A stretch of 64,000 bases of DNA from a virus, in IMG/VR virus record IMGVR_UViG_3300023063_000001, positions 19,572 through 83,571 of that record; one strand, given 5' to 3'. How positions within the stretch are numbered: position 1 is the first letter of the stretch; every line of letters begins with the position of its first letter. A program made the position numbers and the translations under genes. Positions 9,511-19,335 of the stretch are shown here, one piece after another. The notes below the pieces were generated by a model that saw nothing but the letters and a program-made list of their open reading frames with translations, made no database searches and was not told the DNA's origin.

Positions 9511-9702
9511 ATGATTATTGAACGGCAAGATTATAGCGCTTCAGCTTGGCTTGCAGATCTTACGAATATTATCAAAAAACGTGGATTTCTTGATAAGAAA
9601 GAAAATGCTTGGCTTGTAATTGAGGAGAATATTGTAGAGTTGATTGAATTGTACGAGGGTGGTAGTTCACCAAATGAAGCATTTTTGGAGTTTTCAGAAT
9701 GA
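9511..9702 (+). CDS. Hypothetical protein
   Basis: GGAG RBS, ATG 9511, in frame with track ORF 9460. Confidence 0.55.
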   Translation: MIIERQDYSASAWLADLTNIIKKRGFLDKKENAWLVIEENIVELIELYEGGSSPNEAFLEFSE

Positions 9703-10064
9703 CAATCGGCCACACACTTTCAGTTTCAGACCTACTCCTAATCGATGATTTCAAAACTGCTTTTGGTAGTGATGATAAGAAAGCAATTGAAAAGATCCTG
9801 TTTGAAAATGGTATGGATATTAACGAACCAGTAAGCCTAGAGTTCTCCAAACATCGTAATCTACGAGGTAATATCGTAAGTTGTGAGCGTTATGTAGGGG
9901 AGGAGAGGCAGGACCTTAGTTGGAGGCAATCAGGTGCTGCATCATGGGATTGTATCGTTGCATCCTGTGATCTTGATTTGCGTATCCAATTAAAGGTTAT
10001 GGGGAAGAATTACAGTAATGCTGAACATATTTGTTCTGAACTAGAACGACACGCTACTAAATAA
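9699..10064 (+). CDS. Hypothetical protein
   Basis: ATGA overlap with previous gene. Confidence 0.65.
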   Translation: MTIGHTLSVSDLLLIDDFKTAFGSDDKKAIEKILFENGMDINEPVSLEFSKHRNLRGNIVSCERYVGEERQDLSWRQSGAASWDCIVASCDLDLRIQLKVMGKNYSNAEHICSELERHATK

Positions 10065-10084
10065 ATTATAACTAAGGAGCAACA

Positions 10085-12474
10085 ATGAGTAACGCTGGTA
10101 AAGAAATGATGAGTCAATCAAAGTTTTATATGGGTTATTCCCGCTGGGATGAAATCAAGGGCGGTTATGAAACATGGGAACAATCAGTTTCCCGTGTAAT
10201 GGATATGCACCGACAAAAGTATTCTTCTGTAATGACACCACAGCTTGAAGAGTATATTGCTTTTGCAGAACAAGCTTACAAAGATAAAGTTGTACTCGGC
10301 GCCCAACGAGCATTGCAATTTGGTGGTGAACAATTATTCAAACACGAAACTCGTATGTACAACTGCTCAGTATCCCATTGTGATCGAGCCACTTTCTTTC
10401 AAGAGTGTATGTATCTTCTGCTGTGTGGTTGTGGTGTAGGCTTCTCAGTACAGTCACACCACATTGCAAAGCTACCCAAAGTTCATAAGCGATATGAAAA
10501 GAAAGTAAAAGTATTTCAGGTGCCTGATACAATTGAAGGATGGGCTGATGCTTTTGGTGTTCTGTTCAGTAGCTACTTTGTAGATGGTGGTAGCTTTCCT
10601 GAATATAAGGGTTGCCAAGTTCACTTTGATTTCAATAAGATTCGCCCTAAAGGTGCTTTGATTTCAGGGGGTTTTAAGGCACCCGGACCAGATGGCTTGC
10701 GTAGTGCATTAGTTAAGTGTGAAGCTTTGCTAGAAGCACTAGTTGAGGGTAAGACAGAGGCTGTAAGTGTACCTACCATCACAGCTTACGACTTTGTAAT
10801 GCATATGTCTGATGCTGTATTAAGCGGCGGTGTTCGTCGCTCAGCTACAATTTGTATGTTTGATAAAGATGATGATTTGATGTTGAAGGCCAAGACTGGG
10901 GATTGGTTTGTTGATAACCCTCAACGCGGTCGTAGTAACAACAGCGTTATGCTAGTTCGTGATGAACTAAGCCGTGAAGAGTGGGCTAACATCATGAAGT
11001 CTGTTAAGGACTTTGGTGAACCCGGTTTCATCTTCACAGAGAATAAAGAGTTCTGCTTCAATCCGTAAAATTACATGCGGATTTAAAACCTTCTCTGATT
11101 GACTTGGAAGCCAAATATAAGGCGACAGGGCGCAAGGGTAATGCCAGCGTGAGAGACTAAGTGAGAGGGGCACTAAATAGTGTATGCGATAGTCCAGCGC
11201 ACAGTCAGAACTATATTTGATTACTGACAGTGTGAGGTGTAGAAATTGGTATGCTTCCAATTGCAGAAAATGGAGACTCTGGTTTTCAATTCTGTAATTT
11301 GACAGAACTTAATGGTAGCAAATGTGTGGATAAAGAATCTTTCTTTAGGGCTTGTAAAGCCGGAGCTATTCTTGGGACCCTTCAGGCAGGTTACTCAAAC
11401 TTTAAATACTTGTCAGATGCAACACGTCGCATTACAGAGAAAGAGGCATTGCTTGGGGTTAGTATTACCGGTTGGATGAACAACCCCGATGTGCTATTTG
11501 ACCCACAGAATATGATTGATGGGGCCACAGTTGTAAAAGATATTAACTCTGTTGTTGCTATTTTATTGGGTATCAATCAAGCTGCACGGACAACAGCAGT
11601 AAAACCCTCTGGTAATGCTTCTGTAGTACTAGGCACAGCTTCAGGTATCCATGGAGAACATAGCCCTAAGTATCTTCGTAATGTACAGATGAACGTAGGA
11701 GATGAGGTTACACGCATTATTACAAAGACCAACCCTAAAATGGTTGAATCAAGTGTTTGGAGTAGTAATGGAACAGATGTTGTAGTTAGCTTCCCTGTTG
11801 AAAGTAAAGAGGGATCTATCTATAAATCTGATTTGATGGGCGTGAAGCAGCTTGAGTATGTAAAGACAGCACAGCAATATTGGATTGAACACGGTACAAA
11901 CTATGAGCTTTGTGTTGACCCTGATCTTCGTCATAACGTAAGTAATACCATCACAGTTGATGATTGGGATGAGGTTGAGGAGTATATCTACAACAACCGT
12001 AAATGGTTTGCTGGTATATCCCTTCTCAGCTCTATGGGGGATCGCGCATATGCTCAAGCTCCATTCACAGAAGTATTCACTGCACAACAGATTGTTGATA
12101 TGTATGGTGATAGTTCAATGTTTGCATCTGGTTTGATTGTAGGTGCATTACAAGCTTTTGGTAACAATTTGTGGATGGCTTGCGATACTGCATTGGGATA
12201 TGGACTTAAACTTGACCCTGAAGATTCATCAGACCTTTTAAAGCGTGATTGGGTACGACGTATCAAGAAGTTTGCTGAACGAAACTTTGAAGGTGATACT
12301 ATGAAGCTTACGTTTATGCTTAAAGATTGTCATAATCTTCATAAGTGGGTGGGAATCAATAATAACTTTATTAATGTGGATTTCTCACAAGATTTGTCTC
12401 AGCAAAGCTATACAGAAGTTGATACAATGGGTAGCCAAGCCTGCGCAGGGGGTGTCTGCGAGATAAGCTTTTAA
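10085..12474 (+). CDS. nrdJ: Ribonucleotide reductase, probably class II (B12-dependent); exons 10085-11066 and 11237-12474
   Basis: YNCS, GCGVGFS, GGVRRSA, spliced FNPCVEIG, QFCNLTE, KPSGN, C-terminal CAGGVC; no beta-subunit gene nearby. Confidence 0.88.
11067..11236 (+). mobile_element. Group I self-splicing intron, 170 nt, no ORF
   Basis: P1 AATCCGT/GCGGATT with U.G at the 5' splice site; P7 GAGACTA/TAGTCC; P3 CTTCTC/GAGAGG; terminal G11236; removal restores the TGT Cys codon in frame. Confidence 0.92.
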
Positions 12475-12483
12475 GAGAAAATA

Positions 12484-12675
12484 ATGGACTACAAAGAGCT
12501 AATGAAATCTGTGGGTGTACAATCATGTGTCACCCACTCGTGTCCTCAGTGTCAACAGCCGGTTAAATGCGAGGTTTCTCAAGGTAAAACCTTTTGTTGG
12601 TGCTTCAACGTACAGAGTAAAGGGTTGGATATGAATGACGTTTGCATGTGTAAAAAGTGCCTTAAAGAGGCTTGA
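12484..12675 (+). CDS. Cysteine-rich CWC-family protein
   Basis: CPQC..C..CWCF..CMCKKCL. Confidence 0.75.
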   Translation: MDYKELMKSVGVQSCVTHSCPQCQQPVKCEVSQGKTFCWCFNVQSKGLDMNDVCMCKKCLKEA

Positions 12676-12700
12676 CACCACCCACAATTTCCACCATACT
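12672..12700 (+). promoter_or_regulatory. Sigma70-like promoter
   Basis: TTGACA-17 nt-CATACT. Confidence 0.7.
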
Positions 12701-12739
12701 AGCCTCAAGAGCAGAAATGCTTTTAGAGGCTTTTCTTTT
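12701..12739 (+). terminator. Intrinsic terminator-like hairpin
   Basis: AGCCTC..GAGGCT stem followed by TTTCTTT. Confidence 0.55.
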
Positions 12740-12756
12740 ATCTAGGATAAACAAAC

Positions 12757-12978
12757 ATGACTACACTAGAAATCCTGTCCCTCATCCGCCTGGGACTTTG
12801 TCACATTTCCTCAAGCGTGACAAAAGAGACAATGGCTAGGAATGCTGGACATTCTCAAGGGCAAGCATCCATGGCCATCAAGATGGGGGTTATCACTATG
12901 GATGATTTCAATTCTATTTTTAAAGATGTGGAAAAAGAAATACTTACTTGGTATGCTAAAAACACCAATATCTTTTAA
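12757..12978 (+). CDS. Hypothetical protein
   Basis: AGGA RBS downstream of promoter. Confidence 0.55.
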   Translation: MTTLEILSLIRLGLCHISSSVTKETMARNAGHSQGQASMAIKMGVITMDDFNSIFKDVEKEILTWYAKNTNIF

Positions 12979-12994
12979 ATAGGAGAAATTAATT

Positions 12995-13129
12995 ATGAAA
13001 GTAATTGAAATTTATTCTTTTCAAACATTGATGAACATGCTAACATCTGATGCTTGGGAAGTGGAGAGTGAAGATGATGGGAATTTTATCTTCACACAAA
13101 ATATTTATCTTAATGGGAGAAAGAAATAA
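12995..13129 (+). CDS. Small hypothetical protein (44 aa)
   Basis: AGGAG RBS; TAATG overlap with next ATG. Confidence 0.55.
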   Translation: MKVIEIYSFQTLMNMLTSDAWEVESEDDGNFIFTQNIYLNGRKK

Positions 13130-13381
13130 TGAGTGAATTTAAAGCCTTCCTTTCAGGTGAAGACGATGCACCTAAAAAGTCTTGAGCCCGAAGCAATGCC
13201 GGTTGATGAACGCCCAACGCACGAGCCGTATCAACGTGAATACCGGTGTCCTACTTGCCAGCAATGGCGGCCGATGATTCGACGTGGCGAGAAGCCGCCT
13301 TGTGGGCAGACAGCACAATGCAATGAACAAGAAAAATCCCAGCCCGCTGAGCCACTAAAAGAATGGTCCGGCAAATACTGA
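13129..13381 (+). pseudogene. Possibly frameshifted small CxxC protein gene
   Basis: ATG 13129 frame stops at 13185; the +1 frame continues past the A5 run at 13174-13178 to 13381. Confidence 0.35.
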
Positions 13382-13584
13382 GGTACTGCGATGAAATGGG
13401 TTGATGGATTGGTTATTCTTATCACTCTCCTAATTTTCTTAATTGGGGGTGGAATATGGATAAATATGAAAGCTGAAGAAGTATCTGTAAACGGAGTTTA
13501 TGATTTAAGGAATCATAACACAAGTACTCCAAGGACATTTGAATATATGGTAAAACACACAGACTAAATTATGGACATAAAAAT

Positions 13585-13620
13585 GCCCCGGCATCCTTCA
13601 CAGGACCGGGGCTTAGTTTT
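13585..13620. terminator. Probable bidirectional terminator at the convergence of + and - transcription
   Basis: GCCCCGG..CCGGGGC stem flanked by AAAAAT and TTAGTTTT. Confidence 0.75.
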
Positions 13621-13675
13621 GAGATAGGCTATGGCGGGCCTATGTCCGTAGAACGGTTCTTATTGTTATCTTTTA

Positions 13676-14224
13676 TTATTTACGGGTTGTCACTGTTTGC
13701 GTGTTTAGATTGTTTTGTATTACCCGAACACCACTCTTGTTAGAGGATTGAATGTTATAAAGCTTTTGTTCAATAACCTCTAGACGAGATGTTGTTTTAC
13801 TGTTTGTGGTGTCCACTTTCTCATCAATACGATTGATTTTATTTTCTATATATTCCATGTTACTTTCAACAGGAGGGGTTACTTCAGGGATCGTCTTATT
13901 GTCAGTGGGAGTATTTTCAATAATAGGAGAAGGGTCTTTTTGGTAAAGTTCATACAAATCATCAATTCGTTTAGAATAGAGCTTGGATCTATCTTCACGA
14001 AGTTGAATGTATCTGTTAACGTTGTCTTGCTGTGTCAAGATCTTTTGGTTAAGATCTGATACATCATTATTAATTCTAGTAGTAAGTTCTTTCTCTACAC
14101 TGTCAATACGGCTTTCGTAGGCATGGCGAGAGCTAAATTGATAAACGAGGAAGAGGGCTAATATGATTATAAGAAGGTTGGCTGAAGGGCCTATTATTTT
14201 TGTTATCCACATATCTAGCCTCAA
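13676..14224 (-). CDS. Membrane-anchored coiled-coil protein at the end of the lysis cassette
   Basis: N-terminal TM LLIIILALFLVY then coiled coil. Confidence 0.6.
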   Translation of the reverse strand: MRLDMWITKIIGPSANLLIIILALFLVYQFSSRHAYESRIDSVEKELTTRINNDVSDLNQKILTQQDNVNRYIQLREDRSKLYSKRIDDLYELYQKDPSPIIENTPTDNKTIPEVTPPVESNMEYIENKINRIDEKVDTTNSKTTSRLEVIEQKLYNIQSSNKSGVRVIQNNLNTQTVTTRK

Positions 14225-14236
14225 CTGCTGAAACGG

Positions 14237-14518
14237 CTATCTTGAGCTTTTATCTGATTGTTGCAAAAGGCGAACAACCATATCAAGCCTTGAATTCATT
14301 TCTGAAAACTTAGTCTCCATACTACGATTCAATCTATCCTCCATCAACTGACCTGCACTCTGTGTCATGGTGGTTGTAGAGATATTGAACACCCGGTCTT
14401 CCAAGTGTTGAAAGGAATTGAATTGCCATCCAATCAATACAAACAGCAACCCAATCAATGCGCTTTTTACAGTTTCAAAGTTTCTATCTTTTTGCGCATT
14501 TAATTCTGAGTTAGGCAT
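14237..14518 (-). CDS. Single-TM protein, possible holin/antiholin
   Basis: ALIGLLFVLIGW TM; lysis context. Confidence 0.45.
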   Translation of the reverse strand: MPNSELNAQKDRNFETVKSALIGLLFVLIGWQFNSFQHLEDRVFNISTTTMTQSAGQLMEDRLNRSMETKFSEMNSRLDMVVRLLQQSDKSSR

Positions 14519-14779
14519 TTAATTCTCCATCCTCTTTAAAGTGTTGATTTTCCATACTTGAAGCGTTTTAACCTTCTGGCTACACTTTCCAAGATTATTT
14601 GTTTGTAAGCTCCAAGCACTAGCAAGAAGAAGCTTATCTTTCTCAGTGTTACCTGACAATGTAGGGGGAGGGGAGATGATGCAATCTGATAAGAGCGCAT
14701 CCGATGGAAGTGGTGGGGTGGGGTTATTAGAAGAGCAGGCAGCAATGCTAAAACATATGCAAAGAATAATAATCCTCAC
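14519..14779 (-). CDS. o-spanin (Rz1-like lipoprotein), copy 2
   Basis: Lipobox IAAC, Pro-rich, LLSDC..C. Confidence 0.75.
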   Translation of the reverse strand: MRIIILCICFSIAACSSNNPTPPLPSDALLSDCIISPPPTLSGNTEKDKLLLASAWSLQTNNLGKCSQKVKTLQVWKINTLKRMEN

Positions 14780-15264
14780 TCTTTACACTCCTTAGCTGAA
14801 GGAACCGTGGCACAATAAGAATCTTTCATCATTGTGTTAAGCTCTTTATTAACAACAGTTTTTACCTCTACGGTTGTAGTGACTGTTTCAGTTTTAACTT
14901 TAGTAGGTTGATTAAGGGCTTTATCAATAATAATGTCTTGTACTTTAGAAATCTTATCATTAACTTTAGTGGCTGTCTTATCTACACCTTCATGCGCTGG
15001 TGTTATTACAGGAAGCATAAATTGATTTCTTTGTTTTTCGTTTTCAGCCCTAAGATCCATAATCTGTGTATGACTATTGACCAAGTCTATTTGTAGAAGT
15101 GCTATTTGGTCTTTCATTCTTAGGGACATATTAGCTTCCCGTTCGATTATAAATACCATCACAAATAAGGCTATGAAAGAAACAACACCATACCATATAT
15201 GTAGGTCATTCTCTACATACCACCCTTCTAAACGTCTAAACAAAGACTCTTCATCATCTTCCAT
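14776..15264 (-). CDS. i-spanin-like protein, copy 2
   Basis: N-terminal TM, coiled coil, C-terminal Cys pair; 4-nt overlap with the lipoprotein gene. Confidence 0.6.
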   Translation of the reverse strand: MEDDEESLFRRLEGWYVENDLHIWYGVVSFIALFVMVFIIEREANMSLRMKDQIALLQIDLVNSHTQIMDLRAENEKQRNQFMLPVITPAHEGVDKTATKVNDKISKVQDIIIDKALNQPTKVKTETVTTTVEVKTVVNKELNTMMKDSYCATVPSAKECKE

Positions 15265-15275
15265 ACTAAATAACC

Positions 15276-15557
15276 TTACTTAGTTTTATAAATGAGTAAC
15301 TGAGAGGCTGTCCACTTACGTTGACTGTCAATCAACAACTGATATTGTTGTATACAACTATTGTTCTGTACATATGCCTTGGCAAGCAATCGAACAGTGT
15401 CTCCAGCATCAACAGACGTACAAGGAGTGACCATCAAACTACTTGGCATCACCACCAACACTTCCTTGGACTGCACTACTTGATTGCTGCAAGATTGTAA
15501 GCAAAGAAGAGGGAAGCTTGCCATCAATATCAACAACATCTGTTTCATCTTGTACAT
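15276..15557 (-). CDS. o-spanin (Rz1-like lipoprotein), copy 1
   Basis: Lipobox LQSC, PSSLMVTPC..C; overlaps the 3' end of the i-spanin in another frame. Confidence 0.8.
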   Translation of the reverse strand: MYKMKQMLLILMASFPLLCLQSCSNQVVQSKEVLVVMPSSLMVTPCTSVDAGDTVRLLAKAYVQNNSCIQQYQLLIDSQRKWTASQLLIYKTK

Positions 15558-15891
15558 TCGTATTAGCCTGTTGTGTTGTAGCCTTTACAGGCTTCTTGGG
15601 AAGGGCATCAATAGCATTAAGCTTCTTGTCTTTCACATCAACAATCGTGGCTGTAGCTGTTTGGTATGCAGCTAATGCTTTATCTGTTACATCACAAGAA
15701 GCTGTCTTATCTATCAAGGATTTATCAAGAGTTTTGTTAGCATCTTGTGCCACCTGTACCTGAGCTTCAAACTTGTCAGCTTGAGTCTTGGAGTACCAGA
15801 AAAGCCCGCCGAATAGGAGAGTTGATGCCACTAATGCAGCTATGATGTAGAGCAGAATAGAACTTGAGATTGATGTAAACCAACTAAGCAT
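15439..15891 (-). CDS. i-spanin (Rz-like), copy 1
   Basis: N-terminal TM, coiled coil, D.KLP..L..IL C-terminal motif. Confidence 0.78.
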   Translation of the reverse strand: MLSWFTSISSSILLYIIAALVASTLLFGGLFWYSKTQADKFEAQVQVAQDANKTLDKSLIDKTASCDVTDKALAAYQTATATIVDVKDKKLNAIDALPKKPVKATTQQANTNVQDETDVVDIDGKLPSSLLTILQQSSSAVQGSVGGDAK

Positions 15892-16193
15892 TATTTAGTC
15901 TCCGTTGAAGCAACAGGATCAGTGACAGTCTCAACATGGGCATTAACAGCAATGTTCACTTGAGTGTCGGGAGGAGACTCATCTGTCTTCAAAGATTCTT
16001 GTGGGATGTACCGAAGAATACCAATAAGAGTGCCTAGTGTGAATGTAACCCACGCAAACACTTGAGGAGTGACTACAGCAGCTAACATAGGGACATTGAG
16101 TTGAACAATAGACAAGACAGCAAGAAGAAAAGACAACTTAACAGTATGTGATTTCCACAGTTTGCGATAGTTTGGCACGAGGTTAATCTTCAT
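15891..16193 (-). CDS. Holin
   Basis: LVPNYRKLWKSHTV then two TM helices, R.IPQ; adjacent to endolysin. Confidence 0.7.
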   Translation of the reverse strand: MKINLVPNYRKLWKSHTVKLSFLLAVLSIVQLNVPMLAAVVTPQVFAWVTFTLGTLIGILRYIPQESLKTDESPPDTQVNIAVNAHVETVTDPVASTETK

Positions 16194-16208
16194 CTTGCAT
16201 CATCTTCT

Positions 16209-16637
16209 TTATGAAAGGAATAAAGCTTTTTCTGCTGCCCTACGTTTTACTAACCCCGGTAAGATAACTCCTCCGGCATGTGTCCACTTAGGAAACTCAA
16301 GACTCGCCCCAGCATAATCACCAAGATTAAGTTTTTTGAGTAGTGTTGATCCACCAAGACTTCCTAGCCCTAAGTTGAAGCTAAAGCAAACAAGAGCATC
16401 AAATTGATTTTGGTTAAGAAATACTTTTACAAGCTTACTAACACCAATCTCAAACCTAGACAAATCTACAGTAAGTAGAAGTTCAGCTTCAGCAGCAGTT
16501 ATTTTCTGCCCCATTTGTACGTGTGACCCAGTCGAACCATATCCTATAGTTGTAACACCAACAGAATCTTTGTATGCTTCAAGTCTAAGCCCTTCTGAGG
16601 CTTTAATCAGGTCAATACCTTTCTGACTTGTTTTCAT
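16209..16637 (-). CDS. Endolysin, GH24 lysozyme
   Basis: EGLRLEAYKDSVGVTTIGYG (E-D-T triad), QFDALV, GLVKRRAAE. Confidence 0.95.
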   Translation of the reverse strand: MKTSQKGIDLIKASEGLRLEAYKDSVGVTTIGYGSTGSHVQMGQKITAAEAELLLTVDLSRFEIGVSKLVKVFLNQNQFDALVCFSFNLGLGSLGGSTLLKKLNLGDYAGASLEFPKWTHAGGVILPGLVKRRAAEKALFLS

Positions 16638-16656
16638 ATCTACCTCTTACAAAATA

Positions 16657-16672
16657 GACACATCCTTGTGTC
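16657..16672 (-). promoter_or_regulatory. AGGA-loop hairpin upstream of the endolysin RBS (CsrA/RsmA-box-like)
   Basis: GACACA-AGGA-TGTGTC; core ACAAGGATGT fits (A/U)CANGGANG(U/A). Confidence 0.5.
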
Positions 16673-16679
16673 ACTAAAT

Positions 16680-18611
16680 TTAAATACCCGTCGATACAAT
16701 CTTACACGTCACTAAGTTTGCTGTACCTGACCCTGTTTTACTCATCTGCCATACATGCCCCGGACTGATAATAAAGCTAAGACTTTGAGTTACAGTGTGT
16801 GGGGTTGTCTGTGCAGATACAGCAATGCCTGTACGGGCAGAGAGTACGCTAGCATTCTTGCCTGTATAGATAGTGATGGTTGAATCACTTGAGGTAGTAG
16901 GGGTTAGGCTATAAGCTAACGAGATTTCTACAGGCACCCCATAAGTGTTGGTGTAGTTTGTACCGGATACAGGAGTAGGAGATGCCGGAAGTGTTCCTGG
17001 ATTTGGGTGGCCAATACGCCATTGGTTCAAACAACCAGCAGCACTAAGATCTGATACAGTGACGCCCGGATTACCAACAACAAGTTTATTAGCGTCAGCA
17101 TTACCACCAAAGATAAAGAAACAATCAGGGGTCGATGCATATGTCACTTTAAAGTCATTGTACAAACCATAGATTTCAACACCAATCTTATCAGGAGAAG
17201 TACAACGCTCCATGGCGATAATATCAAATACTAAGTCATTACTATTGTTATCCGTACCGTCTGGATTACCAATAATCATGTGCTTGAAGTTGGTGACAAA
17301 GTTTTTTATCTTGAATCGGTTAACTTGTGTAGCGCCTACAGAAGCACTTATAGATTTAACAAAAATACCAATACCATTGTAGCCAAGGATTCCAAAGTTG
17401 AAATCGTTGTCTTGCATGTGTTGGCCAGAATAGATATTGTTTGTGGAGTTGAAATAATATCCAGCAAAAGTGAAAGCTAAAGCTGCTTTACATTTAAAGT
17501 CACTAAACTGTACATTGCGATATTCAATACCAATACTACCAGATGTGTTGTATCCGGTTGGGTCAGCCGAGTTACCATTAATAGCCCGCAACCCTTCAAG
17601 CTCTACATCAAAGTCTGTACGACTAATAGTTGGGGCTACACTCCCTGCAATGATTGCTGCACCCGTTGTAGGGGTGTATTGAATAAAGCTTTTAAATCTT
17701 GCATAAATAGGTGTGTCAAACACCAAACTACTTGCAATAACCAAAGGCATTCCGGGAGGTGATGTCAAACCACCACGCACACCTTCGGATGTTCCTGTGA
17801 TACTGCCAGCCCAATTGATTGCAGCTTGAATCTTTGCTGCTTGGTCAGTACCGTTATTTACAACACCCCATTGACGTAAATCAGTTATGTTGTTGTGTAT
17901 AAGCTTAATGCGTACACCATTAGCAACCCACACCGTACCATTATTAGCAACACTTGTGGTATCCGAAGCATCAATATAGTAGTCTCCCTGACCACCATCA
18001 CCGATAGTATTATAGCCCATGGTTGAGAAGCGTTTCACACGCCCTGTATCCAAAGCTGCGATCTGTTGTGCTGTGTCTAATACAACACGCCCCAACTGAC
18101 CAAATGCTTGGTTTAGTGTGTCTACGTTTACAGCAATGGTGCTAGGAGTTTTAAAGGTTGATGTGGTTGGTACAGCCACTGTCCCTGAAAAAGTAGGTGA
18201 TGCAATATTAGCTTTAGTGGCTAAAGATGTGGTTACATCAGAGCTATTAGCCTTTGTAGCAATGGCTGAGGATAGATCTGAAAGAGCAGGTTGAAGCTGT
18301 GGAAGAGTACCATCAAAGACGTACAATGCACCCGAGGATTTAATCTTAAATTCAAACCACTGAGGAAGTGGAGTAGAATAATAAGCACCCTCTACGACAT
18401 AATAAATACGCTTATCAGTTTTAAGGTAGTAGGCATTTCCGTTAACGGCTGTAGGAAGTGTATCTACTAAACCAATAACTGTTGAGTCAAAGAGGTAGGA
18501 GAATTTTAGAAGGTCTTCATCAACCCCAGTATTCCATTGACTCTCTCCATAACTCCAACCATACTTGGCTTCAATAAAAGGGCTTGTTTTTTGTGGCATA
18601 TTAAACCCCAA
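16680..18611 (-). CDS. Tail spike / receptor-binding protein with probable beta-helix depolymerase domain
   Basis: GY..IGDGGQGDY and LRQWGV..DQAAKIQAAI beta-helix entry motif; follows tail fibre. Confidence 0.75.
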   Translation of the reverse strand: MGFNMPQKTSPFIEAKYGWSYGESQWNTGVDEDLLKFSYLFDSTVIGLVDTLPTAVNGNAYYLKTDKRIYYVVEGAYYSTPLPQWFEFKIKSSGALYVFDGTLPQLQPALSDLSSAIATKANSSDVTTSLATKANIASPTFSGTVAVPTTSTFKTPSTIAVNVDTLNQAFGQLGRVVLDTAQQIAALDTGRVKRFSTMGYNTIGDGGQGDYYIDASDTTSVANNGTVWVANGVRIKLIHNNITDLRQWGVVNNGTDQAAKIQAAINWAGSITGTSEGVRGGLTSPPGMPLVIASSLVFDTPIYARFKSFIQYTPTTGAAIIAGSVAPTISRTDFDVELEGLRAINGNSADPTGYNTSGSIGIEYRNVQFSDFKCKAALAFTFAGYYFNSTNNIYSGQHMQDNDFNFGILGYNGIGIFVKSISASVGATQVNRFKIKNFVTNFKHMIIGNPDGTDNNSNDLVFDIIAMERCTSPDKIGVEIYGLYNDFKVTYASTPDCFFIFGGNADANKLVVGNPGVTVSDLSAAGCLNQWRIGHPNPGTLPASPTPVSGTNYTNTYGVPVEISLAYSLTPTTSSDSTITIYTGKNASVLSARTGIAVSAQTTPHTVTQSLSFIISPGHVWQMSKTGSGTANLVTCKIVSTGI

Positions 18612-19314
18612 TAGCTAAGTAGTTTACGGTTATGACCACTGGATTAGGATTCCAAACAGTGAAACCTGTAGTGGTGCGAGTGGCCTGACCTACTGCATAC
18701 TGATTACCTGCTGTAAGTTGAGGCGTCAATAGCAGTTGAAATACAGCACTAGTGAAGGCAACATCAAAGTTTAGTGCAGTAGTGGTGCTACCAACAGCGC
18801 TCACTTGACCCCACTTCAATTGTATACCGCCGGGTAGGATTTGCTTACCGTTAGAATTAGATACTTGCTGACTGCCTGTAAAAGCGTTAGCAAGCTGCAA
18901 AGGACTGATGAAAACAGTGTTATCAGTCATTGCCCTTGATTGAGCGGCAGTTGCAACATTAGGACCTAGAGCACTTGTACTATCAACAAAAGCTACCCGC
19001 CAGCTTGATGTTGTGTCTCCGACAGGATTGATGTTTGTGTTAGTGATCAAGCATTTGTAGACAACACCATCGCTACCCTGTGTGTAACTGGAGTTTGCTT
19101 GATAGCTTGTAATAGAATCCCAAAGAGCAACACCGTATTGGTTAATGTGTGCAATAGCTTGATCTTGTCGTCCATCAATATAATTGAAGTACTGCCTTGG
19201 TGGAATGGTGTTAGCTGACCAACCATTTGCTATATAGGAGTCAGGCGGGGCAAGTACATCGCCTGAAGCTGCCCATATTTTGTTAATATCTGCTGGTTTT
19301 GTGATCGCAGCCAA
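18601..19314 (-). CDS. Short tail fibre / baseplate-attached fibre protein
   Basis: WA..G..GW..PPRQYFN N-terminus; LPGGIQLKWG C-terminal fibre motif. Confidence 0.75.
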   Translation of the reverse strand: MAAITKPADINKIWAASGDVLAPPDSYIANGWSANTIPPRQYFNYIDGRQDQAIAHINQYGVALWDSITSYQANSSYTQGSDGVVYKCLITNTNINPVGDTTSSWRVAFVDSTSALGPNVATAAQSRAMTDNTVFISPLQLANAFTGSQQVSNSNGKQILPGGIQLKWGQVSAVGSTTTALNFDVAFTSAVFQLLLTPQLTAGNQYAVGQATRTTTGFTVWNPNPVVITVNYLAIGV

Positions 19315-19335
19315 TTGAATATTCCTTCTTAAAAT

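Noticed and set aside
10085-12474. RNR as two separate genes, a pseudogene or an intein-split gene
   Set aside because: Precise removal of 11067-11236 restores the NPCxE motif, and the gap has a group I core.
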